Origin: Octopus vulgaris
Lineage: Eukaryota
Assembly: GCA_951406725.2 (NCBI GenBank)
Contig: OX597830.1
Coordinates: 5,270,001 to 5,334,000, forward strand
DNA: 64,000 bases
Reading direction: 5' to 3'
Shown here piece after piece: positions 26,750 through 39,784 of the stretch. The notes beneath the pieces are model-generated. The model searched no databases. It was not told the origin of the DNA and was given only the letters and a program-made list of their open reading frames with translations. The position numbers were made by a program, and so were the translations under genes. Position 1 is the stretch's first letter, and every line of letters begins with the position of its first letter.

Positions 26750-26781
<32 letters not shown>

Positions 26782-26794
26782 CGTGTATGTAGTA

Positions 26795-26945
26795 TGCACA
26801 CACTAGAAGCGGGAGACCGAGGATGACATATGCTGATGCCCTAAGGACAGACACTGGTCTCTGAGAGACAAGGACATGGCAGCGATGATGAGGGACAAAG
26901 ACCGCTGGAGAGAACTCGTCCATGGATCTTGGGAAATTTACCCGC
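26795..26945 (+). mobile_element. RTE-like LINE 3' fragment, degenerate
   Basis: RSGRPRMTYADALRTDTGL...MAAMMRDKDRWRELV, with frameshift. Confidence 0.7.
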
Positions 26946-26974
26946 CCTTTACATACACACACACACGCACATAT

Positions 26975-27280
26975 CTCCGAAGTGTACATTATAATATATC
27001 CATCGCGGCTGATATTACCAACCAGTTTCGCGCCAAGGGTACAAAGGAGTGTTAGGTAACAATCCGATTATATAACTCTACGCTCATCAGAGGTAGACGA
27101 TATAGAATGAAATATGACGACTGCTCTCAATTGTTGGAAGTGAAAGGACACATCTGGTTTGCGGCGGCCGTGAAAAGATGATCGTAAGGCTATGTAGCCG
27201 AATTGTTACCTTGTACTCCTAGCACGAAACCGATCGGTAAGATCAGTCGCGATGGATATATAATGCAGTACACCTCCGAT
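26975..27280. mobile_element. Inverted pair of Penelope-type termini with hammerhead motif
   Basis: 26975-27050 is approximately the reverse complement of 27205-27280; minus-strand tacct CTGATGA gcg...cgc GAAAC tg GTT ggta at 27095-27016. Confidence 0.65.
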
Positions 27281-28232
27281 AATATACTCACTTAATTGAC
27301 AGGTATACGAGTGCATCTTTTTCCTGACTTATGGAGTTTGAGACGACTTACGCTCAAATGTAAACACAATAGAGCGAATTAAAAGGTTCGGACAGGTAGA
27401 CGACACAAAGGCGGACAAGAGAAACAACAATTAGAAGGACAAGCAAAAAAGACGGGGCATTCTTGGCTTTCTTTCTTCAGTCAAGTACCAGAAGTCACGA
27501 CCATTTCGGACATAGACATACATACACACGTGCACACACGCACACACACACATACAACCCCCAAACGCACACACATACACACACATACATATGTGTGTAT
27601 GTGTGTGTGTGTGTGTTTGTGTTTGTATGTACACACACATATTATTCTTTTACATTCCCTCTATTGTCTTTGATTGTTTCCCTAAACGTCTGTATTTGAT
27701 ACATTTTCTTTTTCTTACACCAACCAAACATCCTACATTCATTGAAATTACCGACCGGACATTACACATATCTATTTTTTTCTTTCTTTCTAGCACTAAA
27801 ACTAAAATTTTACAGCAGAGTAACAATTAACTTTAATTATCTTTTAGACACACAGCCAAAACAAAAAGTTATTATTTTAATCACGAAACTTTGGACAATC
27901 ATATGCAAGCACTTCATTTCTTTTTCTAATTGAGCTTCGCTAAATAAACATCGCATCGAATCCCCTATTTGGTATCATTCTCGGTTGTTGTGAATAACCT
28001 TTATTCTTAGCTGAGGATTTTTGTTTTGTTTCTCTCCTATTTTCTTTGCATTGGAAATTAAAATTTGAAATCATATTTTTTCAATTTCGTATGCTGATTA
28101 ATCTTAAGTTTAGAAAAAACGTGCACTTTTCTAGCATTTAATGAATTGTTCGTGCGCAGTCGCAGACACGTGACGCACGTGAGCGCAAATGTTTAGGACA
28201 ATACAAGCTCTCTCACCCCCCTCTCTCGCTCA

Positions 28233-28290
<58 letters not shown>

Positions 28291-28589
28291 TTTTAATATA
28301 GACGTATTGATTAGTAAGATAGAATAAATGGATAAAACTAAATGTTTACCTGTATGTTTGTATGGAAGTATGAATACAGGCGTTTATATACGTATGTATT
28401 CATATGATATATGTGTATGTGTGTATGTATGTATATATATGTATATGTGCGTGTATATATATGTATATGTATATATGTATATATGTGTGTGTGTGTATGT
28501 GTGTATATATATGTATATGTATGTATTGTGTATTGTATGTATATATGTATATATGTATACACATACACAGTTATACCTTACCTTATGAG

Positions 28590-30378
28590 AAGTGCTTTAC
28601 GAGACATTGGTTCTGTTCACGAGTTTTAGCTTAGAAATAAAAGCGTACTTTGGGAAAGAATTTACTAGTACGTCGAAGCGTTACTATATTTTTTATATAT
28701 TTATTAATCATATAAGGTTTTGGAATATACATAGTAATTAGTAGTTTTTAATTATTTAATTTATTTAGTATTAAGTATTATTTATCATAGTTATTTTAAC
28801 AATAAATCTTATAGTATAGAGTGGCTCTATTGTTTAATTGTGACTTCATTCTATTTACATTTATTGATAAACCATAACTTTTTCCATTGACAATTTTAAT
28901 TCACAATTTTCATTGATAAAGCGTATTTGTAGTTCTTCACTGTTAAAGAATTCTTCAACAATTTATTCTTTTTTTTGTTAATAACGTAAATCCACGGGTA
29001 TTCTTATTAACGCTGAAAAGACGTTTTCCGATTTAAAATTTTTAGTTCATCACAAAACCTTGCAAAGCTAAGTATATATTTATATTTAAGATTAAAAATT
29101 TTTTTAATTTAAATATTTTAATAAGTCTTATTGTATAATTTTGTATTTTATATAAATACTTATTGCTATGTTATGATTTAGTTATCGTATTGTTTCTATA
29201 TAATTATTAGATTTTAACTCTACGTTTATTCGAAAGACTTTACTTAGCTAAAGTGATATATAGATCGTTAAGAGTTATACGAGTTTTTTGTAAGTTAGCT
29301 TTCATGTATATACATGTATTGATAGCATAAATTTTAGTCTTAAATAACTATATTTGTTGATAGTTATTTTAAATATTTTATAATTGTTATTATAACTTAT
29401 ATATTGCTTTTTTCAATTGATAATTGGTAGTAGTATTTTTTCCATTGATAAATATTTTCGTAGTATTTATTGGATACTATTTAACTACGGATTGATTATT
29501 TCATTAAGTATTTTATTATTTCATTTTAGTTCTTAACTAGACGGTTTTTGTAAGTTATTAATTAGCCAACGAGATATATAGATCGTTATTTAGTTATAGC
29601 GTTCTTTTAAGATAGTTTGTTTGTTTACAATTAGCTTTTTTATCTTTAATCTTTTAATATATTTATAAGTAATAATGAATAATTAATTTATTAGGTCTTT
29701 ATTATACGTGCATATATATTTATTGTTAGAGATAATTTTAGACCTTAATTCTTATATTTATATACATTTATATATATTCATTGATAATTTAGTTATTATT
29801 TAAATATTATATAATTATTTGACTTGAAATTAAATTTAATAATATGAATAGTGATTTTTATTATTTTTTAATTTAATTTTTTTTGTTAAATATTTAGGTA
29901 ATTATATATTGACTAAAACTGAGATTAGATTATTTGTGGGTTTATTATGTTTTTTTAAAGCCATATTATATCTGAATAGATAAATACATTTTCTATCTAT
30001 TCTTACCTAAATAATTAATATTTAACATTATAATCGATTGTATGACATAATCATAATCGTTAAAGTTTCTAGTTTGATAATAGAGTTATTTATAAGAAAA
30101 ATTATTATTTTATTTATTTCTTAAAAAAATATTGTTTAAATATATTTGATTATTTATTTATATATTATCATTAACCTGAAGATTGACTATAACCATAATT
30201 CGAATTATTAATTGAATTTAAATTATTGTTATTCGAATTAGGTTATGGGCATGAAACGATCGTAGTGGTTTTACTTTTTATCTTATATTAAAGTTTTTAA
30301 TACTTTTTGATAGCTATATATAAAAAAAAAATTAATAAATATATAATTAAAAAATAAAAAATAAAAAGAAAAATAATA

Positions 30379-30422
<44 letters not shown>

Positions 30423-30607
30423 TTATAAGTATAAATTAATAATTTAAAAAAAATTTTTAATTTTAAATTTTAACTTTAAATTTAAATAATTTTTATATTG
30501 AATTTTATATTCTATATATTTTGTAAATTATATTAATTAATTTTATTTCTATGTTTTAGTTTATGTTTTTCACTGTTTGATTTGCCTACTAGTGGTTTTA
30601 TCTCTAA

Positions 30608-30612
<5 letters not shown>
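28590..30612. mobile_element. Extremely AT-rich ~2-kb element, probably Penelope-related, with a hammerhead near its right end
   Basis: Sharp composition change, (TA)n flanks, internal duplications, + strand CTGAAGA (30176)...GAAAC GATC GTA (30253-30264). Confidence 0.5.
30171..30270 (+). ncRNA. Type I hammerhead ribozyme-like motif with extended stem II
   Basis: CTGAAGA; long hairpin ataaccataattcgaat...attcgaattaggttat; GAAAC-GATC-GTA palindromic stem III; weak stem I. Confidence 0.6.
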
Positions 30613-30697
<85 letters not shown>

Positions 30698-30717
30698 ATA
30701 TATATATGTATATATGC

Positions 30718-30775
<58 letters not shown>

Positions 30776-30799
30776 GTATATATGCATGTATATATATAT

Positions 30800-31545
<746 letters not shown>

Positions 31546-31569
31546 GAATGCATATTAATCTCAGACTTG

Positions 31570-31890
31570 TCAACGGCACCGCCTTGAGGAATTTCAGTCG
31601 AACGAATCGACACTCGGACTTAGTTTTTTTGAAGCCTAGTACTTCATCTATCAGTTTCTTGTGGCGAACCGCTAAGTAACGGGGACGTAAACGAACCAAC
31701 ACCGGTTGTCTAGAGGTGGGGAGGGACAAAGACATACATACACACATACATACATTCATACACACACATACGACGGGCTTCTTCCAGTTACCGTGAACCA
31801 CATCCACGCACAAGGCTTTGGTCAGACCGACGTTAGATTGAACCTGGAACCAAGTGGTTTGCAAGGAATCTTCTTACCTCACAACCAAGA
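31570..31890 (-). mobile_element. SINE family A, internally deleted
   Basis: gaaccgctaagtaacggggacgtaaac...cgacgggcttctt...ggaaccaagtgg. Confidence 0.8.
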
Positions 31891-31931
31891 CACTATCTTA
31901 TCTTGACACACACAAGATGTCCGCCTAACTT

Positions 31932-32114
31932 CTCTGTCCACTTATCGCCTCTGTCCACTTACCGCTTCTGTCCACTTATCGCCTCATGTCCACTTATCGC
32001 CTGAATCCGCTTATCGCCTCATATCCACTTATCACCTCTGTCCACTTCTCGCCTCTGTTCGCTTATCGCCTGTGTCCACTTTTCGCCTGTGTCCACTTTT
32101 CGCCTCTGTCCACT
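31932..32114. repeat. 17-bp minisatellite (cttatcgcctctgtcca), about 11 units
   Basis: Directly visible tandem units with point variants. Confidence 0.9.
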
Positions 32115-32583
32115 AAATCGTTTCTTTCGCATCTTCCTATTTTTTGAACGGGGTCATTTCACGCTAGTAACGAAAGTCATACAGTAAAATTAATTAAAGA
32201 AACTATCACATTAAACCCAGATCTACTGCTAATTAATTTGAAGGTTCATCTATATCACCTGCGTCTTTCATTAGACTTTGTGTGTGTCAGTGTGTGTATA
32301 GGTGTATGTGTACTTGTATGTGAGTGTGTGTGAGTGCGTGCGCTTGTATCGCTAAGTGTTTGCATGCATACATGCACAATATGTTTGGATATATAATGTC
32401 AATAATCATGGTTGCATGTCTGTATCTCACATTACACACACACACTCTCTCTCTCCCCACACATGTATGTATATATGTATATGTACATGTGTGTGTGTGT
32501 GTGTGTAAGTATGAGGATGTTATTGCTTATAAAATACAGTGGCTTAGCATGCGTAAAAGACGCATAACGGTAAAAGATTATCA

Positions 32584-32927
32584 ATTAATAATTAAGGGTA
32601 CTAACAAGCAGTACCGACATGCTAAATATAGCAGTTAAAACGATTAAACCACAAATTTTCACTTGTAAGCGGGCAAATGAATAATAATTCTACGACCCCG
32701 TACCAATGACGAAAATAATCGAAAATTGAAAAAGCCCGACATATACGTATGAACTCTTAGTTCATCTTCAGCGAGGCTTTTTCTATTTTCGATTATTTTC
32801 GTCATTGGTACGAGGTTTTAGTATTTTTATTCATTTGCCCGCTTACAAGTGAAAATTTGTGGTGTAATCATTTTGACTGCCATATTTAGCAAGTCGGTAC
32901 TGCTTGTTAGTACGCTTAATTATTAAT
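32584..32927. mobile_element. Foldback element: ~150-bp inverted arms with a degenerate hammerhead as the loop
   Basis: 32584-32736 is the reverse complement of 32775-32927 with scattered mismatches; the loop on the minus strand reads CTGAAGA tgaac taaga gttca tacgtatat GTC. Confidence 0.8.
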
Positions 32928-33017
32928 ATATATATGTAAAGCTTGCTGTACGTTTATAAACTTCACACTTATACATCATATATATGTATATATATACACA
33001 CACACACACACACACAT

Positions 33018-33076
<59 letters not shown>

Positions 33077-33124
33077 CGTATATGTAGATACTTACATCTA
33101 TATGTATATATATATATATGCATA

Positions 33125-33700
33125 TGTGGGCACAGGACATCATGAAACGTGTACAGCAAAAAATACGAAGTACGAGTACATGGAATATGAACTACTTTTT
33201 TGAACAACGAAAGACCCAAATCGAAAACAAAACAAACAACATAAAGAACGGTTCTTCATCTGTTGTTGGCTGTTTTTCTACTCACGTATTTCGAGCATTG
33301 AACAACAATATGCGCTTTCGATAAAACAGTTGCTCCCGCAAAGCAAATTGAATAAAATTTGAGATTTTGCGGAGGGTCAAAATTGGTAACACAAACAGGG
33401 CAGTGAAAACAAACAGGAAGGACTGCTAAGCCTAAACGAAGTTGTGGTGGCGAACGCGTAAATCAAGCTCGGACAGGAGACAGACAAGAACACGTCTTCG
33501 TGCTCTAGCTACAACGGAGAGAAAGAAAGAAACACAAGTTAGGAGAAGAAATAAAGATGGCCGTTGGTCACGTGGGAGCCACGTGCGCAAGGGAGGAGGA
33601 GTGAGGGAGAGAGAGTGACAGAGTAATTTGATAGAACAATGGCAGAAGCGGAGGTAAACAAATAAGAGAAAGAGAGAAAAACGAAAGAGTAAAAAGATCG
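33125..33700. repeat. Dispersed unclassified repeat family (gtgggcacaggacatcatgaaacgtg...)
   Basis: Close copy at 61695-61962 and a diverged copy at 54235-54385; each starts just after a (TA)n run. Confidence 0.75.
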
Positions 33701-34180
33701 TATAGAGTGCGCATCAAAATTATTAAGATAAAACTTACTTCGAAGAGGATGCCTGGCGTTCGTTCATATAATATACGTACACACACATACATTCACACAC
33801 ACACACACTTTATTCTTTCACTTGTTTCAGGGATTGGATCACAGCCATGCTGTGCTAGAAGTGAATCACCGAGCAGATGTACTCCGGTGGTTATTTTCAG
33901 TCTAGTACCTATTCCATCGATCATTTGTTGCCGAACCGCTAATTTACGGTGAGATAAGCGAACCAACTCTGTTTGTTAAGCTGCTCGGAGACACACAAAT
34001 AATGAAGTGAAGTCCTACAAAGAGGTGGTGATTGAAAGAAAGCCGTGTACAGTTAACGCGCTTGAGTATATTTTGAGGTGGAATGACTATCGCTGCAATG
34101 ACGGATTTGGAAGAAAAATTATTTTTCTAGACAATGAATAGAGAAAAAGAAATGGTCACTCAGTTCTGGGTTGTGATGAC

Positions 34181-34230
34181 GTTATCAGACCCTTGTTTCT
34201 GCGTTGTTTACGCTTCATCAGTTACAGATT
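34181..34230 (-). ncRNA. Minimal type I hammerhead ribozyme-like motif, intact core
   Basis: tgtaa CTGATGA a gcgt aaaca acgc a GAAAC aagg GTC tgata; all core nucleotides present, stem I imperfect. Confidence 0.65.
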
Positions 34231-34327
34231 CAGAAAGCTTCCAGTTGTTTCTAATTTAGGCATAAGGCCAATAATTATGAGAGGATATGCAGGTATATCT
34301 ATTTACGTATGTAAATAGATATACGAC

Positions 34328-34423
<96 letters not shown>

Positions 34424-34684
34424 TGATAAGATAGTGTTTCGGTTGGGTGGTAAGAGGTTTGTTTCTCAACCACATGGTTCCGGGTTCATCTCCGCTGAGT
34501 GGCACCGTGGGCAAGTATCCTCTATTATAGCTTCGGGCCGCCCAAAGCCCCCACAACCGAGGGCCACATGCCCCTTCGGCGTCCATATAAGATTTTGCTG
34601 TTAAAATTTATCAGCAATAAATTATTTATACATCTACAAAATACAAAATATTTTAACAATATTTTGATGCAATTCCTAATGATA

Positions 34685-34755
34685 TATATCTACCCTGCGC
34701 GCGTAAGCGAAAGCCGGGTATTGTAATCACTCGTCTTTGTTTGTGTTTGCAAGTA
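34685..34755 (+). mobile_element. Possible Helentron/HINE-like terminus
   Basis: taccc tgcgcgcgtaagcgaaagcc gggta ttgtaatcac followed by a gtttgt tract; short GC-rich inverted repeat typical of such ends. Confidence 0.35.
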
Positions 34756-35244
34756 AAATGAAAAAAAAAAATGAATAAAGGTGAAAAAAATGGTTGAGAG
34801 ACACTGGGCCACCTGACTACATCATCTTCTGTACTTGATTGGTACTTTATGTGATCGACCTCGAAACGTCACACACACATACATACATATACTTACACAA
34901 GTACACACATATACATGCGTGGACGCACCCTCACCCGCTATTGTAGAAGGTCAGAGTACTAAAATAGTGGATTAAGTTCCATAGTTTACATTGAGACTCG
35001 ATCCTGCGAAAGTTGGTGTCTTTACATTTATTGATGACACTTTAAATGTAAATGTCTGCGACCAATTTATAATTCTTTCCTTTCCAGTGTTGGCTTGTCG
35101 AGAACGAAAGAAAAACGATCGCTCTTTGTCCATTAATGTAATCAGTATTCGTCTCAAACGGATTAAGTATCACTCGAGAACATAGTGTCACAAGAACGAC
35201 TAATTATTACTGCAAGTCTTTTTTTTTTTAATAAATGTCAGCGG

Positions 35245-35301
<57 letters not shown>

Positions 35302-35407
35302 AAACAGTAGAATGGTGTTAAAAGTAGGGTACAGTTGTGGTATGACTAATTCGCTTGAAGTGATTGATAAATGTATGTGTGAGCGCCCGCGTGTGTGTAT
35401 GTATGTG

Positions 35408-35463
<56 letters not shown>

Positions 35464-37759
35464 AATCTATCTATCTGTCTGTCTGTCTATCTATGGATCT
35501 ATCTATCTATCTATCTCTCTCTATATATATATCTATACATGTATACGCACACACACGTATTTACATAATACACACACACACATATATATACAGGCATATA
35601 TGTATATATATATACATATATATATATACACACATATATATATATATATACACACACACATATATATACACACACATATATATATATATACGCACACACA
35701 TATATATATATATATACACACACACAGACATACGACTTAAAAATACATTTATATAGATTGATACTTTTATATATATATATGCGTACATAACTATATATAC
35801 ATATGTACATGTATACATACGTACATACGGATGTGTGTGTATATATATATATATATATACACGCACATACACTCACACACATATGCACACACACATATAC
35901 ATATATATATACATATACGTATATACAGGCGCACAAATGGTTATAAATACCAATCTAGACAGTTCTTTTCTATGAGCATTGACCGAATAGATGAAAGATG
36001 GTTTGAGAAGTTGCATGATTAGTCAAACGGACTCAGAATCCAGTAATAGTATCGCTGTATCTTTCATGTTTATGAACGTTTTTTTCTCCTTCTTGGTTTT
36101 ATATGTGAACATTGTTTTATTGGTTTTAGAAGATTTATTTCCAAGGTAGCCGACACCGATCAGTGATAGGAAATTTAGAGAAAGTTTTTCAGTCGAGATC
36201 TTAAAATCTTTCTGTAACTCTGTTGAGAGGATTTATGGAATCTGTGAAATAAATTAGTGTTTTTAAACCAATATTTCATCAGATTGAAATATTAAGGCGA
36301 TTATATCGTTTTATTAAAATTTTCTGGAACAAATTAGAACTTGTGTAAGCACATATTGTAGACAAGTCTGTGTAGTTTTATCTTTGAATTTTGGAAATTC
36401 TGTTACATTTTTCTTACACATGTAGAGAGTATGTAATCGTGGAATTTTGGAGAAATGGGTTTGCCAATTAAAACGATCCCAGTGGAAAACTTCTGAAGGA
36501 TAAAAGGCAAAATTTACCGTAGTGGGTTTTGAACTCAGATCATAAAAATATCGGAACAAATTGCGCAAAGCAATTCATCTCGTACTTTGATGGTTCTGCA
36601 AATCAATTTTCCTTAATTCTAAAGCCGGCATATCTCATAAAGTTTAGAAGAATGGGAACAGTTCTGTATATCGACTCTGTCACTGCTGGAAGGATGAAAA
36701 GAGGAGCTTACTCTGGGTGAATATGAACTCGGAACGTAAGGAGTCGTAACAAATACTATAAAGATTTTCTATACGATGCTCTATCGATTCTGCCAATCTA
36801 ACCTGCTTGAAAATTCTTTAGTATTGAACGCGGGCTGAATTTCTGAAAGTTAGTCATTATTACTTTCCGAATGATTATTATAACAAGTATATGACAGTAG
36901 TTCTGTATCGTCGCAAAACTTGACTGAATCTAGTTGTCTCTGGATATTTGCAGCACAGTTGCGAAGTTGTTACAGCGAAAATATTGAAGTTGTTTTCGTG
37001 AAGATAATCGATTGTTTTGCTGTTCTACGACTTGAATTTTCTGTCTACTGACTTACTTATTCCACTTAAAATGATTTTGGTAGCAGAAGCGAAAACATGT
37101 GTTCTTTGTTAATTTTGCAATACAGTATCTAAATAGGAAGCAGGAATTTTTATTTGTTTTATTGCTACAACTGAATTTTCCACCCACATCTCAAAATTCT
37201 GCTACTGGCATTCATAATTTTCGTTTTATGATTAGTTTAGTGGTAAAATAAATGCACAACAAGAAAATTCAATAAAAAAAAACAAAAATGTCAAAGGTTG
37301 ACTGGCATAAAATGAAGCTGACCAGCATAAAATAATATTTTCAACTGTTGGTTGTTGTAAATATTCAATATCTGTATATTTGTCTCTTTCTCTTTGAAAT
37401 GATTTCTCTCTAAATTGAATAACGTTTGGGTCAAATGGAGGAGAATTAGATTTGGTATACAAGAGAAAATTTCATTTGATTTCATAGATATCTAAACAAT
37501 TTAAAATATACCTAGAATAAATGAAAATATATTCCAGTAGTCTTCGATGCAGGATATAACGAAACGTAAACTTACATCTAATCGTATTATCCTAGACGTG
37601 TCTATGGTTTAGAGAATGAGTAGGTTAAAAGAGTGAGTGCTCATAACCAAACTCGTGACATGATACAACAAAGAATGCTTTAGTGCTCAATAAATTAACT
37701 GAATAAATATATATTACTGACTGATATTGATCAATATCAATAATACAGAAAGCTTTTGG

Positions 37760-38010
37760 ACCAGTGGTTAGATTGTAAGACTCATGACCATAAAATTGAG
37801 GTTTCGAACTTTAGACAGAGCAGTGCGTTGTGTTCTTGAGCAAATCATTCCCTTTTGCGTTGCTTTAGTCAACTCAGGTGAAAATGAGTCCCAACAACAG
37901 CTGGGGGGGGGTTGACCCTGCGATGAACTTGTATCCTGATGAAGGGGGAGCATTGTATCCTGGGACACATATGTGTCAATTAAACCCGGATAAATCTCCG
38001 GCCTAATGAT
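37760..38010 (+). mobile_element. SINE family C variant, diverged
   Basis: ccagtggttagattg...gtttcgaac...gttgtgttcttgagcaa. Confidence 0.65.
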
Positions 38011-38569
38011 TCTGTGGGTATGTCTCTGACACGATTCCACTGCAACTGGTTTGAAACTTGGTTGATAGCGTGTTTATATAGGTCCCAGGGTTTTCAAGTT
38101 CGAATCTGCTTTCTTCTTTTCCTCTGCTCTGTAGGTCAATCATCTAGGTTGTCATCACATGATGCCCGTTGTAAGTCACTTATGGTTGTGGTTTGTACAT
38201 TCTTCTCTCTCTCTCTTTCTTTCTCTTTCTTTCCTTCTGTCTTCCTCGGTCTTTCGCTCCCTCTCTTCTCGCAGTGGGAGAAGAGGAAATCTAAAAACAA
38301 ATTTCCGGAATAATCTACCATCATTTTTTGCAGAGCAGCATGAAAGGTATAGAACCTCACAACACACGCGCGCGCGCAACTCTGTATGAGAGAATTATTT
38401 GATAAGATTTCTATATTAACATTGAGAATGATGTTTAGCAAAGATTACAATAATTGAAACTCGGTGGTGAAGAAATAGCAGCAAGGGAATATTTGAATCG
38501 AAATTATTGGATAAGACCGAGAAAAGAAGCAATAGGGTAAGTGATTTCTAGACCAATGTCTTTTGTAAC

Positions 38570-39100
38570 GAAACCATCTGAGAGAAAATGGTACCTTTAG
38601 GCTGTCATCATCGGACCAAATCTACACTGAAAATAACATCACTGGGTGAGACAAGCTGGCACTGAATTAGCTTCGCTGACTGACCGGTGACGGTCATTTA
38701 GAGAATGCGTGGGCTAAGACTACGTGTCTTCACTGGTCAGTTAAAGTTGAGACAGTGTCCCGTGACAACTTGCTGGGGCTGCCTGCTGGAGTCTAGCAGC
38801 AAGTATTTAAAGGGGAAAATTTGACAAGACAGTCAGTCGTCTGCTGACACTCGTTGACGCTACATCGAAGAGGCCAGGGAACAGAAGAAAGAAGAAAGAA
38901 GACATGCACCCAACACCAGAGCTAAGGGCACCTCCGAAAGGGTGGGCCCCGCCACGTCAAAACGGTAGAGGAGTAGGGGCCGAAAGCGGACGTGGTTCCT
39001 CCTGATGATGTCTTGAGCTAACTGCATCCTATAAAGGAGCTGTTGTGGTAGCAGATCACGAAACATGGTTGAAATTCCTTCGCTTACTATCGAATTTAGT
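38570..39100 (+). mobile_element. GC-richer LTR/pseudo-LTR-like segment ending in a hammerhead-like motif
   Basis: tatttaaagggg followed by cagtcagtc (promoter/Inr-like); CTGATGA at 39002, long stem II, GAAAC atg GTT at 39060-39070. Confidence 0.45.
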
Positions 39101-39723
39101 TAATGTTAGCTAGCTACAACTCTCGAAACACTACATAGGGTCAAAAATACAAACAGACTATTTTCCCAAATAGTATGGAGACTCTGTAGAAATTAGACGA
39201 GTTGTTACAGAGCCGGTCAAAATGTCTTGGTAACGTTTATTCCGGTTCATGACCTTCGCGTTCAAATCACGCCGAGACCAACTTTACAGGGGCCGTCTTG
39301 ATAAATAAAGTATCATTCGCATGCAGTTGATTGGCGGAATTGTTTGAAAGCAATGCCTTGTGGTACTTGTTCCAATTCTTTGCTTCCTGGGTTCAAATCC
39401 CGTTATGAACTACTTGCATAAATGAATGAACTTGCCCAGTTTAAAACCACAACGACTCAGTTCACTGATTGCAGTTAAGGAATCTATTTTGACAACGTCT
39501 TCTATCCTTCCTTCAGCCTTTTCAGAGGCTCTTCTTACAAGGGCCACAACTATTGTACTTTCCTGATAAAGCAGCAAAAAAGAATAGATTCGACCGTCAG
39601 AAAGTAATAACGAATTCCGTGAGTAAAGTTGTCATTTCAAATCAAGATCAAGTCATCTTAGACGTAAAGGCTTTGATGTAAGAAGGGAGATAAATTGTGG
39701 GTTTTCGGCGGCCAATTTTCCTT

Positions 39724-39765
<42 letters not shown>

Positions 39766-39784
39766 AAACTAACTAACTAACTAA
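39724..39784. repeat. (CTAA)n microsatellite
   Basis: Directly visible. Confidence 0.95.

Noticed and set aside
31932-32114. Repeat array considered as CRISPR-like
   Set aside because: Contiguous 17-bp units with no unique spacers; eukaryotic context; no cas genes.
39724-39784. (CTAA)n as an interstitial telomere
   Set aside because: The unit is TTAG, not TTAGGG; an ordinary microsatellite.
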